A DNA stretch of 62,272 nt, the filler included, from Nitrospinota bacterium (lineage in GTDB: Bacteria; JAUXIQ01): the NCBI GenBank assembly GCA_030620925.1. It is 8 parts of 8 records of this genome, joined end to end, with 100 filler letters (N's around TTAATTAATTAA, not from the genome) between each part and the next. Parts side by side here need not be neighbours in the genome. Positions count along the whole stretch, not along the records: positions 33,328 to 44,576 come from JAUXIQ010000028.1; positions 44,677 to 53,601 come from JAUXIQ010000057.1; 6 more parts are not named here. The stretch is one strand, 5' to 3'. The position numbers and the translations under genes are program-made. The notes beneath the pieces are model-generated. The model searched no databases. It worked only from the letters and a program-made list of their open reading frames with translations, and was not told the DNA's origin. Below, one piece after another: positions 40,221 through 48,920 of this stretch (within the stretch, counting starts at the first letter, position 1; the number at the start of each line of letters is the position of its first letter).

Positions 40221-40591
40221 CACCGCTCCTCGTAGACGGCGCAGGAGGTAGCCGTCTCCCACACCCTCACCTGCGACACCCTGGCCCGGCCGTCGGTGAG
40301 CCGCTGCGAACAGCGCTCGAAGAACCATCGGGCGATGTTTTCGGCGGTGGGGTTGAGGGAGTCGAATGGCGGCACACTGTTCAAGTCCTTATGATCCAGC
40401 TCGTCGCCGACCTCTTCCATCACTTTCTTCAAAACCGTGAAATCGACCACCATGCCCGATCCGTCCAGCTCATCCGCCTCCACGTATACCCTCACCCGCC
40501 AGTTATGCCCGTGGGGGTTCTCGCATTTGCCGCCGTAGTCCCTGAGATAGTGGGCGGCGGAAATTTCTGTCTCCTTCCATACCTGATACAT
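40220..40591 (-). CDS. queD: 6-carboxy-5,6,7,8-tetrahydropterin synthase
   Basis: SAAHYL, CENPHGHNW, LDHKDLN, PTAENIA, WET. Confidence 0.94.
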   Translation of the reverse strand: MYQVWKETEISAAHYLRDYGGKCENPHGHNWRVRVYVEADELDGSGMVVDFTVLKKVMEEVGDELDHKDLNSVPPFDSLNPTAENIARWFFERCSQRLTDGRARVSQVRVWETATSCAVYEER

Positions 40592-40840
40592 GGCAACCTC
40601 CACTCTATTCCTCTATTTGAGCTTATAATAATATTATGGTTACAAATTTGCAAAGGAAAGGGAATCTGGAATACTGGCGAGCCTTTTCGCCACCATACCG
40701 ATGAAAAATACCACGGAACGAGATGTTGCCAAAAGGAGACGTTTCTGATAGAAATGTCTAGGACGGGTTATACAACGGGAGGACATATCCACTCCCGGGT
40801 CTGTCTTTTTATTGCCGGACACAAGTGAGGGTCGAACCCC

Positions 40841-41509
40841 ATGAAGATAAAAGTGATGGATGATATATTACGCGCTAACGACGCCATCGCCCGCGATAAC
40901 AGGAACCGACTGGACGAACATGGAGTCTTTACCATCAATCTCATGAGTTCCCCCGGAGCAGGTAAGACCACTCTCATAGAGAAGACCCTGGACCGGCTCG
41001 GAATGCGCTGCAGAGTGGGGGTTATAGAAGGGGACATTGAGACCTCCAGGGACGCTGAACGCTTGGAAGGCTATGGCATACAGGTAATCCAGCTGCAAAC
41101 TGGAAGCTCCTGCCACCTGGACGCAAACATGGTCTCCCAGGCCTTGGGCGAACTCGATTTGAAGAAACTCGACCTGCTCATCATAGAAAACGTGGGCAAC
41201 CTGGTCTGCCCCGCCGAGTTCAAAATCGGCGAAGACCATAAAGTGGTGGTGCTCAGCGTAACCGAGGGTGATGAAAAACCTCTTAAATATCCACTCATGT
41301 TCAGGGAGTCTTCACTTCTGCTCATAAATAAAATGGACCTCGTCGAACACACCAACTTCAATATTCAGGAGGCCCGGCAGAACGCCTTGAAAGTTAATCC
41401 GCAACTTGAGATAATTGAAATCTCCTGCACAGATGATCAGGGGCTGGAGGAGTGGGACCGCTGGCTCCTCAATCGGATAACGGTCCCATCAGATACACCC
41501 ACTACCTGA
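40841..41509 (+). CDS. hypB: Hydrogenase nickel incorporation GTPase
   Basis: SSPGAGKT, CHLDA, ENVGNLVCPA, KPLKYP, NKMD. Confidence 0.95.
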   Translation: MKIKVMDDILRANDAIARDNRNRLDEHGVFTINLMSSPGAGKTTLIEKTLDRLGMRCRVGVIEGDIETSRDAERLEGYGIQVIQLQTGSSCHLDANMVSQALGELDLKKLDLLIIENVGNLVCPAEFKIGEDHKVVVLSVTEGDEKPLKYPLMFRESSLLLINKMDLVEHTNFNIQEARQNALKVNPQLEIIEISCTDDQGLEEWDRWLLNRITVPSDTPTT

Positions 41510-41523
41510 CAAAGGGTCTCATT

Positions 41524-41865
41524 ATGCACGAAATGTCCATTGCCCAGAGCCTCCTGGACATAGTGACCAGCGAAGCTTCCAGGCACAACGCCAAGAAGGT
41601 AGTCCGCATTAGAGTGAGAGCGGGCGAATTGAGGGGCATCGTCCCCGCTCATTTGAACCACTTTTTTCAATTCGTTTCCAAGGATTCTATCGCTGCCGGG
41701 GCCGAGCTGGACATCGAAATTCTCCCCGTTAAAGCCAGGTGTAACCCCTGCGACACGATCTTCGATGTGGAGGACTTCAACTACCAATGTCCCCAGTGCA
41801 AAGATAAAGATGTGGAGACGGTCCAGGGGCTGGAGCTAATGGTGCAGGATTTTGAGGCCTGCTGA
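41524..41865 (+). CDS. hypA: Hydrogenase maturation nickel metallochaperone
   Basis: MHEMSIA start at 41524; CNPC and CPQC. Confidence 0.95.
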   Translation: MHEMSIAQSLLDIVTSEASRHNAKKVVRIRVRAGELRGIVPAHLNHFFQFVSKDSIAAGAELDIEILPVKARCNPCDTIFDVEDFNYQCPQCKDKDVETVQGLELMVQDFEAC

Positions 41866-42196
41866 GGGGAAAAATATTTTGACATATTCACCCCGCTCAT
41901 GTTAATCTTTTTAGCATCAAGATAATATAATTATGTTATGGCTTACCTTGGAAAATTGCTTTGCAGCCTTCCGAAGGGGGTGATACACAGTAACACAGAA
42001 AGGTAACCTGATGGAAGTCGTTATCCTCATTATCAGTGCTGCTCTTATCCGCGAACGACATGTTCGATCACCCTTGCTGGAGGCCTTGCTATAAGCCGTA
42101 CCACTAAAAAATCAGTTTGGTCTTAAAAAACTCTAAGTATCTGTTTTCCAAATGAAATAACCTAAAGTCGAGGACTCATATGAGGAGATTTACATC

Positions 42197-42469
42197 ATGA
42201 CCAAGGAAGAGTTAGTAGCCATAATCGCTAGGGATGCGGATGTTCCAAAAGCCACTGCGGAAAAAGCGCTTAAGGCTCTTGTCTCAGGGATATCCGATTC
42301 TCTGAGTCGGGGAGACAGCGTTACCCTCGTAGGATTCGGAACCTTCACAGTAGCCAACAGAGCGGCCCGTCGCGCTAGAAACCCGCGGACCGGCGAGGAG
42401 ATTCAAGTTCCCGCTACCCGCAGCCCCAAATTTAAGCCGGGCAAAGCACTCAAGGACGCCGTCAGATAG
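42197..42469 (+). CDS. hup: HU family DNA-binding protein
   Basis: MTKEEL, GFGTF, RNPRTGE, PKFKPGKALKDAV. Confidence 0.95.
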   Translation: MTKEELVAIIARDADVPKATAEKALKALVSGISDSLSRGDSVTLVGFGTFTVANRAARRARNPRTGEEIQVPATRSPKFKPGKALKDAVR

Positions 42470-42515
42470 GCATACGCTTCCGTCGCCTCTTCAATCTCGA
42501 TCTGCTCAATTATTT

Positions 42516-42551
42516 AGGGGGACCTTTTTAACAAAAAAGGGTCCCCCTTTG
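42516..42551 (+). terminator. Intrinsic terminator after hup
   Basis: AGGGGGACCTTTTT...AAAAAAGGGTCCCCCT-TT. Confidence 0.75.
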
Positions 42552-42848
42552 CTTTTATGTCTCGTGAATACCTTATAGGCTCAAAAGAGGTATCAGGATT
42601 ATCCAGAGCAATACGATTATCCGGACGGTCCTACGCGTAAGTTGCAATGCCCTATCCTTCCAGGATATTTTAACTCTGGCGGTATCAAAGAAAGTTTTGG
42701 GAATGCAGTTTACGTTTCAATAAAGTAAAGTATAATAGGTCGGTCTTTTCCAGACATGGACTGCCCACAACCAGTCTATTTATTAAATGTCTTTTGGGGT
42801 ACTCTTGCAAAAAAAAGAATGAACCCATATGGATGCGGAGGCAGGGAA

Positions 42849-43907
42849 ATGCTCGATTTGCTCAGAGAACTGACGTCGATACCGGGAGGCGCGGGGGCTG
42901 AAGATGAGGTGGGGGCAAGGGTGCGCCAGGAGATGGGTGATTGTCTCGATTCCGTGGAGGTGGACCCTCTGGGAAACGTTATCGGCATCCTCGAAGGGGG
43001 TAGCAGCAGCCTGAGGATGATGGTCTGCGCGCACATGGACGAAGTGGGTCTGCTGGTGAAGCACATCGACGACGACGGCGTTTTAAGAGTAGAGCTTAAC
43101 GGTATGCTGGACCACCGCGCCCTGCTCAGCGCCGAGGTGGATGTGTGGACCTCTCAGGGTTCCGTTCCGGGCGTAGTGGGAGTCAAAGGCAGGCACCTCA
43201 TGACCCCCGAGGAGCTCTCCACGGAGCTCCGCACCGAGGACCTGTGGGTAGACGTGGGGGCGGCGACCGGGGACGAAGCGCTCTCCCTGGGCATCAGGGT
43301 GGGAGACCCCATCCTCTTCCAGCCCAATTTTCGCTGCCTGTCCGGCTCAGTTGTGCTGAGCAAAGCCCTGGATAACAGGGCCAGCCTAGCGGCGATGCTC
43401 ATCGCCATGCGAGAGATCGCAGAGAATAAGCCTGATTTCAGCGTCTACTTCGTGGGGTCGGTCATGGAAGAAGTGGGGCTCAGGGGGGCGGGCGTGGCCG
43501 CCAACAGCATACAACCCCATGCGGCGATAGCGATGGATACCGTCCCCGGAGAAGACCCCACAACAGAACCGGCTCAGGTGGCCGTGGCCGTGGGTAAAGG
43601 CCCAACCATCCGAATTGCGGACAGCGCCACCCTCTACTGCCGGAGGCTCACGGAAGCCATTGTCGACTGTGCGGAGGAAAAGGGCATACCCTACCAGCGT
43701 GAGGTTTCAACCGTTAAGACCGACGCCGGAACGATACACCTGTCGGGCCGAGGTGTTCCCAGCGCAGGCGTCTATATACCCCGCCGAAACGCTCACTCGC
43801 CGGCGGAAGTGGCTTCGCTCGCCGACATGGAGAACGCCGCCCGCCTCCTGGTCTCCTTCTGTTCAGAGACGAGAGCGGCACGTCTCAAGGAAATAATTGA
43901 GCGTTAA
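42849..43907 (+). CDS. M42 family (TET-type) metallopeptidase
   Basis: AHMDEVG, KALDNR, EEVGLRG, TDA, HSP. Confidence 0.88.
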   Translation: MLDLLRELTSIPGGAGAEDEVGARVRQEMGDCLDSVEVDPLGNVIGILEGGSSSLRMMVCAHMDEVGLLVKHIDDDGVLRVELNGMLDHRALLSAEVDVWTSQGSVPGVVGVKGRHLMTPEELSTELRTEDLWVDVGAATGDEALSLGIRVGDPILFQPNFRCLSGSVVLSKALDNRASLAAMLIAMREIAENKPDFSVYFVGSVMEEVGLRGAGVAANSIQPHAAIAMDTVPGEDPTTEPAQVAVAVGKGPTIRIADSATLYCRRLTEAIVDCAEEKGIPYQREVSTVKTDAGTIHLSGRGVPSAGVYIPRRNAHSPAEVASLADMENAARLLVSFCSETRAARLKEIIER

Positions 43908-44239
43908 AGGGGACGGGTTGACATATGAGACGAAAGATTATATATTTAAAGTATAGGCAATTTCGATAAATTTAATCTATCGGAATTGCCTTTTTTTTGT
44001 CGTATGTGCGATCATGATCTGTTTCTACTAACAGCGAAACGTGCGGTAAACGCGCGATGATGATTGCAAAACGTGCGCGCTCGTTGTTGTTTGATTTCAG
44101 CACGATTTAAACATCCAAGCAACCTCATCGAAACACTTGATTTTTAACACTTTTCAGTTCATCGAAGCTGCTTAAGCAAGGGGGGTGGGTATGAGCAGCC
44201 CCGCCAGCCCACGGCTTTGCATCTACCCAGGAGTTCTTA

Positions 44240-44576
44240 ATGCCCAGAATAGCCTTAGCGGGGGCCAACCTCCTTCCCGAAGACGCCCATTCCGCGCTGG
44301 AGTTCGCCGCCGCTAACGATTATCAGGCCGTGGAGCTTTACGGAGGTTTTCCCCAGGCCCATTTCGAGGACCTGGATGGAGCCGCACGGGAAAGGCTTCG
44401 CAAAATGGCGGAAAAGGTGGACATTACCCTGTCCCTGCACGCCCCCTGGATAGATTTAAACGTCGCCTCCTTTAACAGGGGCATCCGGGAAGAGAGCGTG
44501 CGGCAGCATAAAGGCGCGCTGGACCTTGCCGCCGACCTCGGAGCAGGCGTGGTGGTCATGCACGCCGGCGATGTGA
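44240..44576 (+). CDS. Sugar phosphate isomerase/epimerase (xylose isomerase-like TIM barrel), truncated
   Basis: YQAVEL, LSLHAPWIDLNVAS, GAGVVVMHAG. Confidence 0.8.
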
Positions 44577-44676
44577 NNNNNNNNNNNNNNNNNNNNNNNN
44601 NNNNNNNNNNNNNNNNNNNNTTAATTAATTAANNNNNNNNNNNNNNNNNNNNNNNNNNNNNNNNNNNNNNNNNNNN
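44577..44676. other. Artificial contig-joining spacer
   Basis: N44-TTAATTAATTAA-N44. Confidence 0.98.
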
Positions 44677-45045
44677 GAACTGGGCACCTTCTTCCTGCCC
44701 GCACCGACCAGGCTGAAAGGTAAGAAACCCTGGATAGCTCAGCATCTGCGCCCCAGGGGTTATATAATAATAGATGACGGCGCCAGGAACGCCCTGGTCA
44801 AAAACGGCAAGAGTCTTCTCCCCTCAGGCATCACAGGAGTGGAGGGTGAGTTTCAGTTCGGGGAGCTGGTGGCCTGTCTGGACAAGAAAAGGGTGGAGGT
44901 TGCGCGAGGGCTGGTCAATTACAGCTCGACTGAGCTTCAGAAGATAAGAGGCCGCCACACCAAAGAGATAGAGGGCATCCTGGGGTTTAAAAACTACGAC
45001 GAAGTCATCCACAGGGACGTCCTGGTAGTCCATGGCGATCGATGA
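44677..45045 (+). CDS. proB: Glutamate 5-kinase, C-terminal PUA domain (5' truncated)
   Basis: ELGTFF...KPWI...IDDGA...KSLLPSGI...ARGLVNYSS...EVIHRD; upstream of proA. Confidence 0.9.
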   Translation, partial: ELGTFFLPAPTRLKGKKPWIAQHLRPRGYIIIDDGARNALVKNGKSLLPSGITGVEGEFQFGELVACLDKKRVEVARGLVNYSSTELQKIRGRHTKEIEGILGFKNYDEVIHRDVLVVHGDR

Positions 45046-45140
45046 AAATAGGGTGGTAATAAGCCGCTCCGTTGTGTTAGTTTATTCACGTTGAGTAATA
45101 AACGATTGTCGTTGTTCTTGAATCAGGTGAAGGCCGCGGG

Positions 45141-46400
45141 ATGATGGATATAGAGTCTGAAGTGAAGCGCATAGCGGAGGATGCCAGGAAAGCCTCGAGG
45201 AAGATGGCTGTGCTTTCCTCCGCTGAAAAAGACGCCGCTCTGAATAACATGGCCCGGGAGCTGACTGCCAACGAACAGGTCATCCTGGAAGCCAACCGAA
45301 AAGACTTGAGCGCGGCAGGGGAGAAGGGTTTGAGCTCGGCCATGATCGACCGCCTTGCTCTCAATACCGACCGCATCGAGGGGATGGCGCAGGGTCTGCG
45401 CGAAGTCGCCGCATTACCCGATCCGGTGGGCGACGTGCCGCGCATGTGGAAGCGGCCGAACGGCTTGCGGATCGGGCGCATGAGGGTGCCCATAGGGGTG
45501 ATAGGGTTCATTTACGAGTCTCGCCCGAACGTCACCGTGGACGCCGCGGGGTTGTGCCTTAAAGCGGGCAACGTGGTGATATTGCGGGGGGGCTCGGAAG
45601 CCATAAATTCCAACACGGCACTTGCAGAGATTCTTAAAAAGGCTTGCGTTGCTTCCGAGGTTCCCGAGGAATCGGTTCAATTTATAAATACCACCGACCG
45701 CGCTGCGGTCATGGAAATGCTCAAGCTGGATGATCAGATCGACCTCATCGTCACCCGGGGCGGTCCGGAGCTTGTCAGGATCGTGACCGATAACACCCGC
45801 ATACCGGTCATAAGCCACGATAAGTGCCTGTGTCACATCTACGTGGCAGAGGATGCAGATCGCGCCCTGGCGCGAAAGGTGGTTCTGAACGCAAAGGCGC
45901 AGAGGCCGGGGGTATGTAACGCTCTGGAAACCCTTTTGGTCCATAAAACTGCAGCCCCCGATTTCCTTCCTGAAATGGCGTCGGATTTCAAGTCTGCGGG
46001 TGTGGAGATGCGGGGTTGTCCTTTGACCAGAGAGTTTATTCCAGACGCCGGAGAGGCCTCGGAAGAGGACTGGAATAGCGAATACCTGGACCTCATCATC
46101 TCCATCAAGGTGGTTGAGGATATGGAAGAGGCCTACCAGCATATAGACCGCTACAGCTCCGGCCTTTCCGAAGCCATAATCACTACGGATTACGACAAAG
46201 CCATGGATTTTTTGAACAAAGTCGATTCCGCGGCCGTTTATGTAAACGCCTCCACAAGATTCACTGACGGAGGAGAATTCGGTCTGGGGGCCGAGTTGGG
46301 CATCGGCACAGGGAAGCTCCATGCTCGTGGGCCCATGGGGCTTGAAGAACTTACTTCCTATAAATATATCATCTTCGGACAGGGACAGATAAGGGAGTAG
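45141..46400 (+). CDS. proA: Gamma-glutamyl phosphate reductase
   Basis: IYESRPNVT, LRGGSEA, PGVCNALET, VNASTRFTDG, KLHARGPMGL. Confidence 0.96.
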   Translation: MMDIESEVKRIAEDARKASRKMAVLSSAEKDAALNNMARELTANEQVILEANRKDLSAAGEKGLSSAMIDRLALNTDRIEGMAQGLREVAALPDPVGDVPRMWKRPNGLRIGRMRVPIGVIGFIYESRPNVTVDAAGLCLKAGNVVILRGGSEAINSNTALAEILKKACVASEVPEESVQFINTTDRAAVMEMLKLDDQIDLIVTRGGPELVRIVTDNTRIPVISHDKCLCHIYVAEDADRALARKVVLNAKAQRPGVCNALETLLVHKTAAPDFLPEMASDFKSAGVEMRGCPLTREFIPDAGEASEEDWNSEYLDLIISIKVVEDMEEAYQHIDRYSSGLSEAIITTDYDKAMDFLNKVDSAAVYVNASTRFTDGGEFGLGAELGIGTGKLHARGPMGLEELTSYKYIIFGQGQIRE

Positions 46401-46410
46401 CGCTCAAGGG

Positions 46411-47091
46411 ATGATACGCATTGGCCTGATGGGCGGCACCTTTAACCCCATACATATCGGCCATCTGATATCGGCCGATGAGATCATAGACCTGTTCCAT
46501 CTGGAAGAGGTGATAGTTGTCCCTTGTTGTTTACCCCCCCATAAGGAACACGGTGAGCTCATAGATGCCTCCCACCGTTTCGCCATGGCCTCCCTGGCTA
46601 CTGCATCAAATCCTAAGCTGGTGGTCTCCCCTCTTGAAATAGAGCGGGGCGGCAAGTCGTATACCATAGACACCATCAGAGCACTAAAAAAGGAAGTAGG
46701 GGGAGAGCTGGAGACCTACTTCATCGTTGGTGTGGACGTATTCGCAGACCTGGCCAGCTGGAAGGGAGTGGAGGACCTCCTGACCGGTTCCCACTTTGTG
46801 GTCACCAACCGGCCTGGATACGATGAGAGTCAACTTGTGGAGCGGCTGAACCGGGATGTTACACCCCGGTTCCCTAAACTCAGATTTAACCTCAAGGCTA
46901 GAGCCACAAAAGGGCTCATACACGAGATATCCGTTGAGGGCTCTCCCTGTTCTATCTTTTTAGTCCATATCCCCTCCCTCGATATATCTTCCACAGAGAT
47001 AAGGAGGAGGGTGGCTCAGGGGCGTCCCATAAAGTATCTCGTTCCGCCCGAGGTGGAGCAGTATATTAACAAACATAAACTATACACCTGA
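46411..47091 (+). CDS. nadD: Nicotinate-nucleotide adenylyltransferase
   Basis: GGTFNPIHIGH, PPHK, SYTIDT, ISSTEIR. Confidence 0.95.
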   Translation: MIRIGLMGGTFNPIHIGHLISADEIIDLFHLEEVIVVPCCLPPHKEHGELIDASHRFAMASLATASNPKLVVSPLEIERGGKSYTIDTIRALKKEVGGELETYFIVGVDVFADLASWKGVEDLLTGSHFVVTNRPGYDESQLVERLNRDVTPRFPKLRFNLKARATKGLIHEISVEGSPCSIFLVHIPSLDISSTEIRRRVAQGRPIKYLVPPEVEQYINKHKLYT

Positions 47092-47107
47092 AAGATATGG
47101 GAGGATA

Positions 47108-47509
47108 ATGACCGAGCGTAAAGCAGAGGAGCGTGAAAGCACCCTTTTAAGCCTTGAACAGAAAACGGATATATGCACGGGCGCGGCCATGAGCAGGAAG
47201 GCTTATGACCTCACGGTGCTGGATTTGTCGGGACATTCTTTCATCACCGACTACTTTTTTATCTGTAGCGGGAACTCCACCAGACAGGTGCAGTCCATCG
47301 CAGACGCCATGGACGACCAACTGAGCAAGAGGGGGGTTAAGCCGCTGGGGAAAGAAGGTTATGCCGAAGCACGATGGATACTGTTGGATTACGGCGAGTT
47401 GGTGGTGCATATTTTCCATCACGAGACCAGGAAGATTTACGATCTGGAGGGACTGTGGGGAAACGCTCCCGTCGTATACAGTCACGAAGGCGAGCCGGCG
47501 GTCGATTAG
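47108..47509 (+). CDS. rsfS: Ribosome silencing factor (Iojap)
   Basis: DYFFICSG, WILLDYG..VVHIF, YDLEGLW. Confidence 0.94.
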   Translation: MTERKAEERESTLLSLEQKTDICTGAAMSRKAYDLTVLDLSGHSFITDYFFICSGNSTRQVQSIADAMDDQLSKRGVKPLGKEGYAEARWILLDYGELVVHIFHHETRKIYDLEGLWGNAPVVYSHEGEPAVD

Positions 47510-47538
47510 GCGGTCTTTTCCCTTATGATGAGGTAGTC

Positions 47539-48888
47539 ATGCCCCTCCATCTGATTCTTGCGGTTGCCATAGTTGTGACCATAGCTTTTTACGTTTCCTT
47601 TTTTAATTCCGGCAGCGTTAATTTCAGCCTTACCAGGAGTCTGTCTTACGATATCCCGATCGTGGTCATAGTGCTGGTATCTGTTTTTATAGGGGCGCTG
47701 CTCGTGGCGTTTATGAACGCTGTGAATGTCTCCCGAGAGGGGATTTCCAAGCTACGGGCTTCGTCCAAGAATAAGAGGTTTCAGAAGATTCATCAGCCCT
47801 ATGAAAAGGGATTGAATTATTTGGAAGCCGGTTATCCGGAAGAGGCGGAAGAAGAATTTCAGATGGTGCTGGAGAGGGACCCCAAACATGTCCCTACCCT
47901 GGTCGAGCTGGGGAAGCTAAAGCTGAAGAAGGGGGACTACGAGGAGACCCTTAAGCTGCACAACAGGGCTTTCATGCTAGACAACCGTAACCTGGATGCC
48001 GCCTTTTGCCTGATCGAAGACTATACATCGATTGGGCGATATACGAAGGCGCAGAACGTCCTGGAGAAAGTTCGAAGGTTCGCAGGCGAAAAGCTGGTTG
48101 CCTCCACCAGGCTGCGTGAAATATGTATTACAGGGAAACTCTGGGAGGAGGCGTTGAAGGTGCAGAAGGAAATTGTGCGCCATGCCAGGGATAAGGACCA
48201 GGCTGAGAAGGAAAAGGCCATACTGAACGGCATTCACCACGAACTGGGGCAGAAAGCTTTAGAGGAGGGCAGGAATAATGATGCCCTCAAAGAATTCAGG
48301 GCAATATTGAAATCCGAGAGAGATTTCGCTCCCGCCTATGTGGGGATCGGCGATGTTTATCTGGCCATGGGGAAAGAGAGCGAGGTTCTGAAAGCCTGGG
48401 AGGAGGGTTACGGCGCCACTTTATGTCCTTCCCTGCTCAAGAAACAGGAAAACCTGTTCCTGCAGAAGGAGGACCCCGGTTCAGCCATCGCGCTCTATAA
48501 ATCGGCTCTGGAGACCAATCCCCGCAATGCAGTAATTAACTATTTGCTGGGGCTGGTATATTTGAAGCTGGAGATGATGGAAGAAGCGCTTCAGGAGTTC
48601 AAGAAGGTTCAGGCGGCGGGGGCAATGATACCGGGCATGGGAAGTCTTATGGCCGGCATTTATGAGAGGACGGGCAAACAGGAACTGGCGACCCGGGAAT
48701 ATAAGCTTGAACTGGAGTATATAGCGCAGTCGTTATGGCTCTTTAAATGCGTTTCATGCGGTGAGCTAAGCCCCGAGTGGAGAAGCCGTTGCTCTCGATG
48801 CGGCGAGTGGAATACTTACCGGATAAACTTCGAGGAGAGAAAACCATTGGATGAGAAGGTAATGCCTCCGCCCGTCACCGGTGTTTAA
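47539..48888 (+). CDS. LapA-like TM domain + TPR + rubredoxin-like protein (LapB-like LPS assembly regulator)
   Basis: Two N-terminal TM segments, TPR repeats, C-terminal FKCVSCG...WRSRCSRCGEWNT. Start ATG 47539. Confidence 0.75.
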   Translation: MPLHLILAVAIVVTIAFYVSFFNSGSVNFSLTRSLSYDIPIVVIVLVSVFIGALLVAFMNAVNVSREGISKLRASSKNKRFQKIHQPYEKGLNYLEAGYPEEAEEEFQMVLERDPKHVPTLVELGKLKLKKGDYEETLKLHNRAFMLDNRNLDAAFCLIEDYTSIGRYTKAQNVLEKVRRFAGEKLVASTRLREICITGKLWEEALKVQKEIVRHARDKDQAEKEKAILNGIHHELGQKALEEGRNNDALKEFRAILKSERDFAPAYVGIGDVYLAMGKESEVLKAWEEGYGATLCPSLLKKQENLFLQKEDPGSAIALYKSALETNPRNAVINYLLGLVYLKLEMMEEALQEFKKVQAAGAMIPGMGSLMAGIYERTGKQELATREYKLELEYIAQSLWLFKCVSCGELSPEWRSRCSRCGEWNTYRINFEERKPLDEKVMPPPVTGV

Positions 48889-48920
48889 GAAATATTGACT
48901 CAGGGAGGAATTACAATTTT

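Noticed and set aside
38894..40591. queCDE as part of a 7-deazaguanine DNA-modification (dpd) or QatABCD-type defence island
   Set aside because: No dpdA/tgt-like, helicase or nuclease genes nearby; the proteins look like canonical queuosine-pathway enzymes.
40592..40840. Possible preQ1 riboswitch upstream of queD
   Set aside because: No preQ1-I hairpin with A-rich tail is recognisable on the minus strand.
41850..41870. TGA stops next to Cys or in redox genes as possible selenocysteine codons
   Set aside because: hypA and the Fe-S proteins end at their normal family lengths; no conserved reading frame continues past the TGA.
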